A stretch of DNA of 64,000 bases. Source: Trypanosoma brucei. Lineage: Eukaryota. The notes beneath the pieces are model-generated. The model did not search any database and was not told the DNA's origin. It saw nothing but the letters and a program-made list of their open reading frames with translations. Numbering within the stretch: position 1 is the first letter of the stretch; every line of letters begins with the position of its first letter. The position numbers and the translations under genes were made by a program. The DNA lies in NCBI GenBank assembly GCA_000002445.1, contig AE017150.2, positions 1,120,001 to 1,184,000 of the forward strand. The letters are read 5' to 3'. Shown here piece by piece: positions 12,701 to 25,622 of this stretch.

Positions 12701-14924
12701 TAGCTCGTTACGTGGGAGCATGAGTGGATGTAATGATGGATGCCGCTTCATCAAAGGCAGCTGCGTGATACTTATCTCAGAATATGTCAATGGTGTCGTA
12801 TTATAGCCAAGTTTAAGTCTAATAATTAATCATAGTGATGTGTGTGGAAAAAGTGAGATTGTACCATTGCAGTGAGTGAACCGCTTTGCTTGGGACGTAT
12901 TGCATTGTGCTGTGTGATTAAGCGCCGAGTTTGTTCACATCATACGTATGATATTTAGTTACTGTCAACCCACCGGATTGGTGTGGGAGGAGTGTAAGGC
13001 ATCGTGCGAGCATGGGACATATGTTTCATCGCAGTGTCACGGAGGTTTTAAGGTATGGTGGAATATGGGAGGTGGATTAGCTATAGATCTCTTTGTGCCT
13101 CCATCCCTTCGTGCTATGCTTTTTCTTTTCCCCTGAAACTGATACAGTCTGGGGAGGCAGTGTGCTCAAGCTTCGCTAAGTTTTTGGAAGCAGGACTCAC
13201 GACCCATCCCCCACTGTGTAATGTATGATGACCAGATTTGTTCTGAGGGAGCATCAAACCAATCGTGTACGATGGAAGTGTAGAATAGGAAGTAAAGGAA
13301 AGTGTATTATTATGTGCAGATGCGTATGAGGCACTGCTCACAACACCTAAAGAAAGCAAAGTCACTCCTGACGGTTTTGATCATTTTATCAGTGTATCAC
13401 AATCTAATCATTTCTGCTGTAGAAGGTTCGTTGCATAGTTGTGTGTATTCTGCTTTCAGAGTTGACATTCTGTCACTTACCACTGTGGCGAGTGATGACG
13501 ATGATATCGTCGGCTTTCCGGTATGGAAGGAAGTATCACTTTACTCTTCTGCTCGTATAAGCGTGCTTTGTTCATCCGTGGAGCGGTGTTGTTATTGAAA
13601 AGGGGATGCTGAGTAGAGTGGTGACTCAACACTTTTTCTTGTACTGAAGACATACTAAGAGGTTCTGTCAGCAGGACAGACTTGCGGTGGCCAGGTGGTT
13701 TCGCGACCTCAGGGACAACTTCCATATTGCACAAGGGGAACTTCTTCGTTTTGAGGTGACAGGGCGCATGCTAGTGTTGGGATATCTGTACATTGGAATG
13801 GCAAGGTCTTCCAGGGAAGGAAGGGAGGTGTATAAACCAGTGAAGGGCTGCACAGGTACTGTGTCAGGTATGAAAGTGATAGAGGTCTCTAAGGAAGTGT
13901 CAGATGTGATTATACTCGGCAAGAGGTTGCTGCTCAAGGTTTTGATTATATACTTTCCGAAACAATCAAATGTTGCGAAAATTACGTTGAAAGAAAGTTT
14001 AGGGGGAGCAATGGGATAAGGGAAACCCTCACTGGATTGTTTTGTCGGGTATACAGCATGATAAGTGGAAGGTTTGGTGGAGAAGCACGCAGGTACACCA
14101 CACCCAATTGGTGGGAGAGTAGTAATGGCCGGGAGTATTTACCGTGAGTGACAACTCCAACAATGGATGCTAAGTAGTTAATGTTGAAATGTTTTAAGAG
14201 ATTAGAGAAAGGAATGACTAAATGGTTGTAGGTACGTAAATTGTGGGAAGCACTGAGGGAAAATGATGTAATGATGCGACGGACCAAGGGACTCGAATAC
14301 CCAATATATTACAAGAAACGCTACTATTGAGTTGGGTGCAGAAACAAGTGAGAGACAAGCTGTTTGGGTAGTTGAAGTATCGACCACTGGGAAGGGTGAA
14401 GCGTGGGCAGGAAGGATCATCAAATCTTATCCTCCTTTCAGTTAATATGACTGAGGAAGCGAGAAAAGAAAAAGAATGGTTGTGAAAAGAGAAATTAGCG
14501 AAAAAGAATTAGTAGAAGCAATTGTGGCGTCAAAAAAGACGTTAAGGGTAGCGTTAGTACAAATAGAAAAGCAGCCAACTCTAAAAAATTGGTTTCCGAC
14601 GTAAAGGAAGCGGGGACAGGTGAATAAAACTATTTAATTTGTACCAGTTTACATGTATGAAAATGACCTCATATGTGTGTGATTTGCTCCTGTTAACTCG
14701 GTGAACATCGGAACTGACACGTTGCTCTGTGCTATTGTAGCAATGCACTCCAGTGTGATATCACTGGAACTATGAAACCTTATATTTCTTATGGCGTTGT
14801 ATCAGTGCTTCCACTATGGTATCATTATGTTAACGTGAGCAGTATATTGTCACGTGGTGGACAACATGTCAACTAGTTTGTTTAAACTGTTGCTCTCTTG
14901 ACAGTTTGTAGTTCGTATCACTCT

Positions 14925-14961
14925 GTTGTGTGCTTTTTTTTGTCTTGTTTATTCCCCTGAG
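14925..14961 (+). promoter_or_regulatory. Polypyrimidine tract + AG upstream of oxygenase copy 2
   Basis: Same motif as 4829-4865. Confidence 0.5.
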
Positions 14962-15098
14962 ATATTACTGGTAAGTCCCCCTTTATCCTTATTTTTGCAT
15001 CTGCACTGGCTGTTTAAGCGGAACCCTTCCAATTATTAGGCACAAAACGGTACATATATATATATTACAAGAAAGCAACAGTGTGTAATTTAGAAACC

Positions 15099-16058
15099 AT
15101 GACACGCGCCTCGCTTCCTGTTATTGATGTTTCGCCCCTATTTGGTGGCGAATCCGCAGAAAAGGAAAGGGTCTCCAAGCAGATTGATAATGCATGCAGG
15201 ACATGGGGCTTCTTCTACATTGTGGGACATCCGATTCAGCAGGAGCAGATTGACAAAGTACTTAAGTTAGCTGATACTTTTTTCTCTCTTCCTATGGAGG
15301 AGAAGCTCAAATTGGACGTTCGCAAGGGTAGACTTTATCGTGGTTACACTGCCCCTGGAGTAGAGGAAGCTGATGTAGGGAAGGTTTACACGTACGAGAC
15401 CTTTACGACGGGATACCATCTTCCTAAGCACCATCCAGACGTCATGGCAGGCAAACCGCTCCGAGGACCGAATATCCACCCCACTCAAGTGAGGGGATGG
15501 ATGGAGGGTATGGAAGGTCATTACCGCGATATGTGGGCACTTGCGCTTGTCCTCCTGCGCGCTATGGCGCAAGCTATCGGTTTGCAGGAAGATTTCTTCG
15601 ACTCCAAGTTTATGGATCCCCTTTGTGAATTGAATATAAAGCACTACGTTCCCTTATCTCAAACGAAAGAAGAAACTACTTTGCTCATTGAGCACAGCGA
15701 TTTCGGTGTTATGACGTTACTCTATCAAGACGCTTCAGGTGGCTTGCAAGTACGTGATAGTTCCGGAGAGCTGATGGATGTGCCACCTATTGAAGGAAGT
15801 TTTGTTGTCAACCTTGGAGACATGATGGAGATGTGGACCAATGGCCAATACCGTTCCACAAAGCATCGTGTGGTAGCCACAGACAAGGAACGGTACTCCA
15901 TGCCTTTCTTTTGCAATCCCAATCCGAATGTCATCGTCAAGTGCCTCGACAACTGTCATTCGGAGGAGAATCCACCAAGGTACCCTCCAGTGCGGGCTGT
16001 TGATTGGATTTTGAAGCGATTCGCGGAGGCATATGGGAAAGATTACTCAAAAATGTAG
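15099..16058 (+). CDS. 2OG/Fe(II) oxygenase (iron/ascorbate oxidoreductase family), copy 2
   Basis: 319 aa with HSD...H triad and RYS motif. Identical to copies 3 and 4 except 1-2 residues. The GTG-extended track ORF starts at 15081. Confidence 0.88.
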   Translation: MTRASLPVIDVSPLFGGESAEKERVSKQIDNACRTWGFFYIVGHPIQQEQIDKVLKLADTFFSLPMEEKLKLDVRKGRLYRGYTAPGVEEADVGKVYTYETFTTGYHLPKHHPDVMAGKPLRGPNIHPTQVRGWMEGMEGHYRDMWALALVLLRAMAQAIGLQEDFFDSKFMDPLCELNIKHYVPLSQTKEETTLLIEHSDFGVMTLLYQDASGGLQVRDSSGELMDVPPIEGSFVVNLGDMMEMWTNGQYRSTKHRVVATDKERYSMPFFCNPNPNVIVKCLDNCHSEENPPRYPPVRAVDWILKRFAEAYGKDYSKM

Positions 16059-18337
16059 GAGTGGTTCCTAGTTTGCATTTCTTTTAGCATTTGCTTTATC
16101 AAGAATGGTATCAGGCCCTGCAATTAGTAGTTGTTTTTCAGACGTGGCTGACTTACATATGCGTAGTATCTGTCGTAATGCAAAAAGTTCTGTGATTTAA
16201 AATGTGGGTGAAGACAGTACGGTAACGTATCTAGTCAGAATGAATATATTTCACTCACTCTTTATTTTCAATGTAGGGAATTGTTAAAGGGGTAATAATA
16301 TTTCTTTCACCTTTCCTCTTCCTTTTTTTTAATTGACATCTTTGTAATGAATGCTGTAAGTCCATCTTTTCTCATACTTTGATATCTTCATCTATTTCCT
16401 TATTACATTGAATAATGCATTAACATCTTCATTGCGATGACAACTGAAGTATTCTGACAAGCAATAGGTGTATGCTATTGTATGTTAGTTTATGCTGCAA
16501 CAGAGTTCTCCTTGGAAATGCTTGTCTTTTTTTTTCACTTTGAGGGGGTTCTACAATTGTCTTTCCCCATTCTATTCTAAGGGTTAATTACGCATTAGAA
16601 ATGCTACCAGTCACTTCAGAGGTATTCCTTCTTACACAAGTATTATTTTGATGCGATCTCATGCAAGGATAATGGAGGTAAATGGAGAATGAAACAACTC
16701 ACATTCTCCACCCACCCAATGGAGAGCATACGTTTTACCATGGAAGTCGCGCTTGAAGTATCTCCCCAAGTAGAGCAAACTAATGAGGAATTAGCACCTA
16801 AGGGCTGCGTTGTTAAATATTTTGAAAGAGTGGGGGTTCGTACGTGAAGGATAAGGGATTTTGAGGGTGCTTACTCTTATTGTGTTTTTAATTTTTTTTT
16901 TGAAAAGGGGGGTGGTGGCCAATTTTATTATGTCACCCGACGAATGGAATTGCTTTGTACCACGCTGTTTGTGTTTGTTACATATATTGGTAAGAAATAA
17001 TGTTTTTTTATGTGAATTTCAATGCGTTTGATGTTTTTTGCCACCGCACTTATGTTGAGTTTGTGCAATTTCTTTTCCCTCCATGCTGAACATACCATTC
17101 TCTATTATTTTCTTATCTTTCATTGTTTCAGCTTTTCAGGGGAAACACATGCATACCCACGAGATGGAATACACTAAACGACACGTAACACTGTGGGAGA
17201 ATGTTATAAATGCATGCAGCCCAATACTTGAGAAATGTGTATTTTCTACACCTTAACATCAATTTTTTTTTTTGTAAAGGACAAACTCACTGAGTGTTTA
17301 GTGACTGCGCTTCTTCAAACTTTTCTCCCTCAAGGCGTATTATGCAGTTGCAGAGAGTCATTTGTTTTCTGCTCCTTCTCCGCTTGCTAATGATTTGTGT
17401 TTATGCGTGTTGCTTCCTTTTTTATATTGTAAGTAATAGAAGACAAAAAAGGGGATATTACATATTACATATTTTATTTTGTATGTTAGCATGGTTGCAT
17501 AATTTATTCTGCTGTAGAGGCGTGTGTTATGGATTGTAGTATTTGGAGAAGTTGTTCGACTTAAAGTTATAAAAGCTTGCCCTGTGTGTGATGGATTTTT
17601 AATTTATATAAACTTGTTTAACTTTACATTAGAATATAAATTTATTTATTGTCATTTAAATAGTTCCCCCATATGAGAAAACTAAATGAACACGTATATG
17701 CACGTATATGTATATTTATATTTGCATATTTGTTGTTTATGTATATTATATCTGAGTAATGTTGGTAAGGTAAGAAAACGGCTGTGTAATAAATCATTTT
17801 TATTTGGTATGCTTTGAGTGCGCGCGCGTGGGTTCATTAGTTCTATTATCAGAAAAGGAAACTGCAATAATTGTTTCATTATTAAAAGTTCTTCATGACT
17901 CGTGTTTTTAAGTTTAGCATTTTGCTATTACTCAAATCATGTGAATTAAGGGAGGACTCATATCAGTATCATATGATGATATTTGAAACAATTTAGAGAC
18001 GCCTGATATTACTCAATACTCTAACTCTTTTTTTTCCTTTCATATCCATTGCATTTATATTGTGATATGATAAGTTGATTTGTGTTAGCATTCAAATGCA
18101 GCATTGTTATTATTAATATTAACTTCCTTAAAGGAAATTAATTCGAAAGGAATGTTATTGTAAAAGGATTCAAATTGCAAGTAGTTATTCAGATAATGTT
18201 AATAATTTATACACAATTTTATATTTATTGTAGTTGTAGTAGTGTGCGTATTTAAACAAAGGTACCACTAATTTTGTAATTACTCAATAGTTATAATGAC
18301 ACAATTCTATTTCTTGATAATTTGAGTCCCTGAATTT

Positions 18338-18412
18338 GTTTTTCCCTTCATATTTTTCACTTTGCTTTTCTTTTCTTTCATTTCATATATGTTTTTTCTT
18401 TTTGTTATATAG
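18338..18412 (+). promoter_or_regulatory. Polypyrimidine tract + AG upstream of NT paralog 2
   Basis: Same tract; AG at 18411-18412. Confidence 0.55.
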
Positions 18413-18451
18413 ACAAGCTTATTATATTATTATTTCAAGTAATTCAAAAAG

Positions 18452-19843
18452 ATGGCAATGCTTGGTTTCGAGTCGACAGCTGAATTTTTTGTCTATCTCA
18501 CCTTCATCTTTTTTGGGATGTCGGTGATGAATGTGACGAATGCCATTTACTCAGTCCCTGATTTTTTTTCTGATTATTATAAATTTGTTAAAAATGAGGA
18601 AAAAGCGAAACCTGTCAATGCATCGTTCTGGAAGCACATGTTCACGTATTATAATGTTGTTGTGTTTACGATGCAAGTGGTTTTGGAGGCTTTTATGCTC
18701 ACACCATTGGGCCGACGGATTCCTATTAGTTGGCGTCTCATCTTTGGACTCACAATTCCTATGGGTGAGATCATTGCAATTTTAGTGATTCCTGCTGTTG
18801 GAGGAAGTGAAAATTGTGCAATTGCAACTGTTATGATGGTTGCTTTTGTTGGTGGTATTTCCAAAACACTTTGTGACTCCAGCAATGCTGCACTTGCGGG
18901 ACCTTTTCCGACTAAATTCTATGGTGCCATCGTGTGGGGCCTTTCCGTGTCCGGTATGATTACTTCATTTATGGCTATTGTCATTAAAGCATCGATGAAG
19001 GATAGTTTTGAAAGTAAGAGAGTTCAGTCCCAAATATACTTTGGATTAGTCATGCTTCTTCAGGTGGTTGCATGCGTGCTTCTTGTCCTTCTGAGGAAAA
19101 ACCCATATGCCATTAAATATGCTGCAGAATTTAGGTATGCTGCGAGGAAGGATGGAAAGACAGATGATGGCGAAGATGAAAACGATGCAAAGGGAACAGG
19201 GCCAGCAGACGAAGATGGGTATCCTGATGAAAAAGAGAATAAGAATGTATTGAATGCTGATATTGATCCAGATAAGATGAAGGATACGGATCAGGTTGAA
19301 GGCACTACCAACGTTCAGCAAATGCTTGATGCGAGTGTTATGGTTGTGGTGAAACGTATTTGGCCCATGTTACTTTCATGCTTTTTTGTGTTCTTTGCGA
19401 CACTTCTTGTATTTCCTGGTGTATTCTTTGCTGTTAAAGATGGATTAAATGTTAAAAATGGATGGTACTTTACTATTGTCATTGCCATGTTCAACTTTGG
19501 TGATTTCCTTACGAGGCTTCTTCTTCAGTTCAAGCAGCTGCACCTGTCTCCACGCATGGTTATGATTGGTTCATTTGCACGTGCACTTTTGATAATTCCG
19601 CTTTCATTATGTGCAGCTGGTACCATTCCTGGTATATGGCTTCCCTACACCGTTTCTCTCCTTTGGGGTCTTACGAACGGTTACTTTGGTGGTTTAACAA
19701 TGATTTATGGACCACGTACGGGATCCCTCACCACAGCGGGTCAACGCTCTCTTGCTGCCATTTCTACAAATGTATCACTACTTTCGGGTCTCTTTGTTGG
19801 TGCTATGTTTGCATTGGCTGTTAAGGAGGGACTTCCTGAATAA
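18452..19843 (+). CDS. ENT-family nucleoside transporter, paralog 2 (463 aa)
   Basis: Same architecture. First 34 aa identical to paralogs 3 and 4. Acidic loop RKDGKTDDGEDENDAKGTGPADEDGYPDEKENK. Confidence 0.9.
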   Translation: MAMLGFESTAEFFVYLTFIFFGMSVMNVTNAIYSVPDFFSDYYKFVKNEEKAKPVNASFWKHMFTYYNVVVFTMQVVLEAFMLTPLGRRIPISWRLIFGLTIPMGEIIAILVIPAVGGSENCAIATVMMVAFVGGISKTLCDSSNAALAGPFPTKFYGAIVWGLSVSGMITSFMAIVIKASMKDSFESKRVQSQIYFGLVMLLQVVACVLLVLLRKNPYAIKYAAEFRYAARKDGKTDDGEDENDAKGTGPADEDGYPDEKENKNVLNADIDPDKMKDTDQVEGTTNVQQMLDASVMVVVKRIWPMLLSCFFVFFATLLVFPGVFFAVKDGLNVKNGWYFTIVIAMFNFGDFLTRLLLQFKQLHLSPRMVMIGSFARALLIIPLSLCAAGTIPGIWLPYTVSLLWGLTNGYFGGLTMIYGPRTGSLTTAGQRSLAAISTNVSLLSGLFVGAMFALAVKEGLPE

Positions 19844-22800
19844 ATTCTCAATAATTGTAAAAATTACAATTAATACAATTTTTTTTTTTAAAAAAGGCTC
19901 CATGCTGGTATCAGCTAGGAGTGGTTTTAACGATGAAAATAATAAAAAAAATAAAATAGGAAAAGATAAGACAAAAAGGGGTTAATTCTAGGAAAGTGAA
20001 TAATATGACACATGGCAGCAAGCAAGCATATACGTGCATATGTTATGTAGTTTTGAGGTAAAAGTGACGCAAAGAAAAGTGTTAGTCGGTTACAAACGCA
20101 TCGCGCAAAGTACGATACGGCGGAGTTCTGCAAGCTTGTACCATGACAGTATTTCACTATTTTGTTAACTAACATGGATTTCACCTCTAAGATATGGTTT
20201 TAAGGGTAAGGGTTGTAAATTGTGAAATTGTATTGACGATCTCACTCATTAGTGCAAACCTTTGATACACTTTACTGTTTACTTTTGATGCAACACAAAA
20301 TTTGTGTGAAAGAAAGAGCTATACTTCAGCTTGTAGCGTTTTCAGTGCGCTTATTTTCATCACATGTGTGCAAACGAGTAAAAAAATGATGTGAACCCGA
20401 AAAGTCTTATTACTTTTCCTTTTATTCCCATGACCGTGCTATGGTGTTACGGATATGTGTGTAAGTGAGGAGTGTTGTGTGGATTTGCTTCTATTATTGT
20501 TTACTTGCCTTTGGTTGTATACCACACACCTGCTTATGTTTTCCCATATGTGTACGCCTGTAGATAACAGTGTGGGAGTTTACTCCGTGACGTTTTCTCA
20601 CAAATGTCTAGAGGCAAATGATTAAAGTAATTTTTTTGTTTAATGTATATCTGTATATGTTTGTCTGTTTATGTGTATGTGTGTTTGTGTGTACGTATTT
20701 GACATGTTCAGCAATATGTTTAGATTATCCAATTATATCTTTTCTTTTCTATTTTCTTATATTGTTTACTTGTCACTGTTTTACTTTCAGGAAGGTATAT
20801 AAATTAAGCTGAAGCAACGTTATGTTCATTTGTGTATTAGACACATGAGTTTATTTCCAAGCAGATGATATATGCGTGAACGCGTGTGTTTAACTTTATA
20901 ATGTCTTATACTAAAGATGTATCCAAATATTGCCATGCTAATACCTTGTGAGGCTTATTGTACTTTTGTGTTGTGAAATAGTCAAGTAGTTGCTGTGTAA
21001 CTTTTGTGTTATTTTTTAGATAATGTGTGTTTTCTTAGTCTAATATCTTTAATAAATGATTTGACAGCTGCTTGCATGTGAGGGTTTCATTCCTCTTCTT
21101 TGCTTAAAAATGTGCAGAGACTGGAATCCTTTATATAAATGAAGTGAAATGCATAACTTATAAATTGCATTTCCACTTTCACATATTGTAATATTATTGA
21201 GTATCAAAAGGGAAATGATGAATCATGTAATAGGAAGTCATTCACAACATGGTAATAGAGCAATTCATCTTCGAAGCTATAACGGAACAAGCTTTTTATT
21301 GTAATGCTTATTTGTGGAATAGCTCATGCTTTATGAATGCTTGAGGATGGAGCGTTGTAATATTTTTAAAAGTAATATAAGTAAACTAGCAAACAAATTA
21401 TCGTTTTTGTTTCTTCCTTCATAATCACTATAAGCTAAGCTATTAGTCTATTAGCAATAATTAATATGACTACTAGTAGGGCAAAAGACGAGAAATAAGA
21501 AATTAATTTATAGGAATGATTTGATAGTTTGAAGGGTGTGTAATTATCATGTCTCTTATACTAATGACGGATTATGCTAGAGAGAATGTGATTTGTGAGG
21601 TATTTGTGATTCTCTGAAGTGATACAGCGGTGCATGGGAACTCGTCGTAAGGATAAAAAAAATAAATAATGTGCGGTATGTAATTTTTAAACCTCACATT
21701 GATGAGGTTGTGAGGCATAAAATAACTCTTGCCATTTTCCCAACGTGGCCAACAGTCCAAGAACTAGTGTAGTACTGCAGTAATGATACAGTGATGTTAA
21801 ATTGAAAGCGAAAAATAAATATGAATGGCGTAAAAAGGGGGAAGGAAGTAGTGATGGTGGCGTAATCGATTGTTACTGTGTTTCATGACAAATTCTCTAC
21901 ATTCAATGATTCTAGAGGAAACAAGTACGTACCATAGCAGTGGTTACTGTGTTTCCATAAGGAGTAAGTTATATTTACTGGAAAATGTGGTATCAAGAAA
22001 TGTTATATGTGAGTAGCAATATACCTCAACACAGAGATGTACGCTCATGTAATCACTACACACAAAAAAGTTCTGAAAGTTTTGAACGCGTTGAGCGGAT
22101 TGATACGTCTCTCCAACCTTGAGTTGAAATGCGCAACCCTTGAGTGTTGAGTTGGGATACATATTTTTAGATGTCACTAGAGCTTGATGTGTGGAATGAA
22201 ACTCTAGAGCTCATGCATATGGCTAATGCTTACCGTGGGCAAAACTTGTCGATGTTGGTACGATGATATGCGATTTGTTGGCAGTGATAGCTTTCAGCGG
22301 ATTGTATGGTAGGTGGTGTTTTTTTTTCTGCCACAGGCGGCAATGGCAGTGTTGACTAATTTTTGAATTACTCAGAAGGGAAATTTCTCTGTTTAAGTGA
22401 TGATCATGTTGAATCGTTGATAAAATCAACGGAATTATCCATAATTAGTTTTAATTGGAGGAAAATGAAATAGGAGAACTGCCCACGTTGATGTGTTGCG
22501 GACAAAGAAAAGTGAGTGGTATGCATATTTTAGAACCCAGTATTTTTCTTTCTCATCTGATGTGCTTCCCTAATGTTTGGATCTGAGGAATACCTAATGA
22601 TGATTAATGCGGTTAGAGTTAGGGCATTCTTTTGTGATGCTGAATATTGTATCTATTGATAACAACAATCGATACGCCATACTCAAACATAAATGAATTC
22701 TCACACATAAACGCTGCTTCTGGTATCGCCAACCGTTATGTTCAATAGCTCGTTACGTGGAGCATGAGTGGATGTGACAGTGAATGTTCCTTCATCAAAG

Positions 22801-23061
22801 ACAGCTGCGTGATGCTTAACTCAGAATATGTCAATGGTATCGTATTATAGCCAAGTTTAAGTTTAATAATTAATAATAGTGATGTGTGTGGGAAAAGTGA
22901 GATTGTACCATTGCAGTGGGTGAACCGTTTCGTTTGGGACGTATTGCATTCTGCTGTGTGATTAAGCGCCGAGTTTTTCTGCAAATATACGTATGATATT
23001 TAGTTGCTGTCGACCCGCCGAATCGGTGTGTGGTTAGTGTAAAGCATTATGCGAACATAGG

Positions 23062-23519
23062 TTAGTAATGCACAGTGTTTAGAAGGCGAATGTGCCATTC
23101 AAGTAACCTTGATTTATACGTAACGTTTCTTACCTTTTTGTGGTGTTTCACTGTGATCATTCCGAGCGATGTAGTTTATGCTGTTAATGTCACTCAAAGC
23201 AATCTGATATTTTTTATGATTGTCACTGCAGCATCTCTTTCTACAAGTTTCTTTACTTTTTTTAAAAAAAGGCATCATTATAAAGCTTGAAAAAGATGTC
23301 ATAGCTCTTTAACCCTTTACACCCTCTCAAAATATGCCATGAAAAATGTAAAACTTGCCAGTTGTTTTCACGGTTGCGGCTCTGTAAGAAAGTGAATATT
23401 TCACACTTTGGAGAGCTAATTTTGCTACGAAGTGGTTAAGGCCACCTATTCGCAGTGGCAGCCCTTGAGGTGAAAACCACATATACTAACGTATCGACAG
23501 CAGTAATGAGGACATGTGT
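23062..23519. other. ~460 bp spacer insertion/deletion polymorphism (present in units C, D, E; absent in A, B)
   Basis: Unit A 2915-2935 (tgcgagcatgggac) is continuous. Unit C has ~460 bp between gcgaacatagg (23051) and tcagcatgggac (23519). It is bounded by imperfect ~11-bp direct repeats. Confidence 0.8.
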
Positions 23520-25449
23520 CAGCATGGGACGTATGTTTCACTACAGTGTCACAGAGGTTTTAAAGCACAGTGGGCACGGGAGGTGAATTAGTTGTAGATC
23601 TCTTTGTGCCTTAACCTTTCGTGCTATTCTTTTTTTTCTCTCTGGAACTGATACAGTCTGGGGAGGCAGTGTGCTCAAGCTTTGCTAAGTTTTTGGAAGC
23701 AGGACTCACGACCCATCCCCCACTGTGTAATGTATGATGACCAGATTTGTTCTGAGGGAGCGTCAAACCAATCGTGTACGATGGGCGTGTAGAACAGGAA
23801 GTAAAGGAAGGTGTGTTATTATATGCAAATGCAGATGAAATACTGCTCACAACACCTAAAGAAAGCAAAGTCACTCCTGACGGTTTTGATCATTTTATCA
23901 GTGTATCACAATCTAATCACCTTTGCTGCTGTAGAAGGCTCATTGCATAGTTGTGTGTATTTTGCTTTCAGAGCTTGAGACAACCAGTCACTTACCGACC
24001 ACTGTGGAGAGTGATCACGATGATGTCGTCGGCTTTCCTGTATGGAAGGAAGTATCATTTTGCTCTTCTGCTCGCGTAATTGTGTTCCTTTGTGTATCCG
24101 TGGAGTAGCGTTGTTATTGAAAAGAGGGATGATGAGTAGAATGGCGACTCAACACTTTTTCTTGTACTGAAGAAATACCAAGAGTTTTTTTCAGCAGGAC
24201 AGACCTGCGGTGGCCATGTGGTTTAGATACCTCAGGGACAACTTCCATATTGCACAAGGAGAACTTCTGCGTCTTGAGGTGGCATGGCGCATGCTAGTGT
24301 TGGGATATCTGTACATTGGAATAGCAAGGTCTTCCAGGGAAGGAAGAGGGATACATAAGCCAGTGAAGGGCTGCACAGGTGCTGTGTCAGGTGTGAAGGT
24401 GATAGATGGCTCTAAGGAAGTGTCAGATGTGATTATACTCGGCAAGAGGTTGCTGCTCAAGGTTTTGATTATATACTTCCCGAGACGATCAAATGTCGCG
24501 TAACTTACGTTGGAAGAAAGTTTAGGGGGAGCAATGGGATGAGGGAAGTCCCCACTGGATTGTTTGGTCGGATATACAACATGATAAGTGGAAGGTTTGT
24601 TGAAGAAGAACGCAGGTACACCACATCCAATAGGTGAGAAGGCAGTAATGGCCGGGTGCATTTGCTGTGAGTGAAAACTTTAACAATGGATGCTAAGTAG
24701 TTAATGTTGAAATGTTTTAAAACGTTAGAGAAAGGAATGACTAAATGGTTGTAGGTACGTAAATCGTGGGACGCACTAAGGGAAAATGATGTAGTGGTGC
24801 GATGGAGCAAGGGACTCGAATACCCAATATATTACAAGAAACGCTACTGTTGAGTTGGGTGCAGAAACAAGTGAGAGACAAGCTGTTTGGGTAGCTGAAG
24901 TATCGACCACTGGGAAAGGTGAAGCGTTGGCAGGAAGGATCATCAAATCTCATCCTCATTTCATTTAGTATGACTGAGGAAGCGAGGGAAGGAAAGGAAT
25001 GGTTGTGAAGGGAGCAAGTAGTGAAAGCAAAATAGTAGAAGCAATTGTGGCGTCAAATAAGATGTGAAGGGTAGCGGTAGTACAAATAGAAAAGCAAAAC
25101 CAAGTTAAAAAAATTGGTTGCCGACGTCAAGGAAGCGGGGACAGGTGAATAAAATTATGTAATTCGTACCAGTTTAAATGTATTAAAATGAACTCTGATG
25201 TGTGTGATTTGCTACTGTTAACTCGGTGAACATCGGAACTGATACGTTGCTCTGTGCTATTGTAGCAGTGCACTCCAGTGTGGTATCACTGGAACTATAA
25301 AACCTTATATTTCTTATGGCGTTGTATCAGTGCTTCCACTATGGCATCATTGTGTTAACGTGAGCAGTATATTGTCACGTAGTGGACAACATGTCAACTA
25401 GTTTGTTTAAACTGTTGCTCTCTTGACAGTTTGTAGTTCGTATCACTCT

Positions 25450-25485
25450 GTTGTTTGCTTTTCTTGTCTTGTTTATTCCCCTGAG
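25450..25485 (+). promoter_or_regulatory. Polypyrimidine tract + AG upstream of oxygenase copy 3
   Basis: ttgtttgcttttcttgtcttgtttattcccctgAG. Confidence 0.5.
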
Positions 25486-25622
25486 ATATTACTGGTAAGT
25501 CCTCCTTTATCCTAATTTTTGTATTTACGCCGGCTGTTGAAGCGGAACCCTTCCAATTATTAGGCACAAAACGGTACATATATATATATTACAAGAAAGC
25601 AACAGTGTGTAATTTAGAAACC

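Larger units (their letters stand above)
9742..19843 (+). repeat. Array unit B (10,102 bp; no ~460 bp spacer insert)
   Basis: Spacer ORF 11895..12083 is identical to 1799..1987. The unit holds oxygenase copy 2 and NT copy 2. Confidence 0.9.

Noticed and set aside
15267..15644. Minus-strand ORFs inside the array (e.g. 15267..15644, 25791..26168, 29568..29843, 40114..40608, 24191..24661, 45597..46166) recurring in every unit
   Set aside because: They are antisense to the oxygenase and NT genes or lie in the spacer of a unidirectional polycistron. Their recurrence is explained by the tandem repeat, not by conservation of coding.
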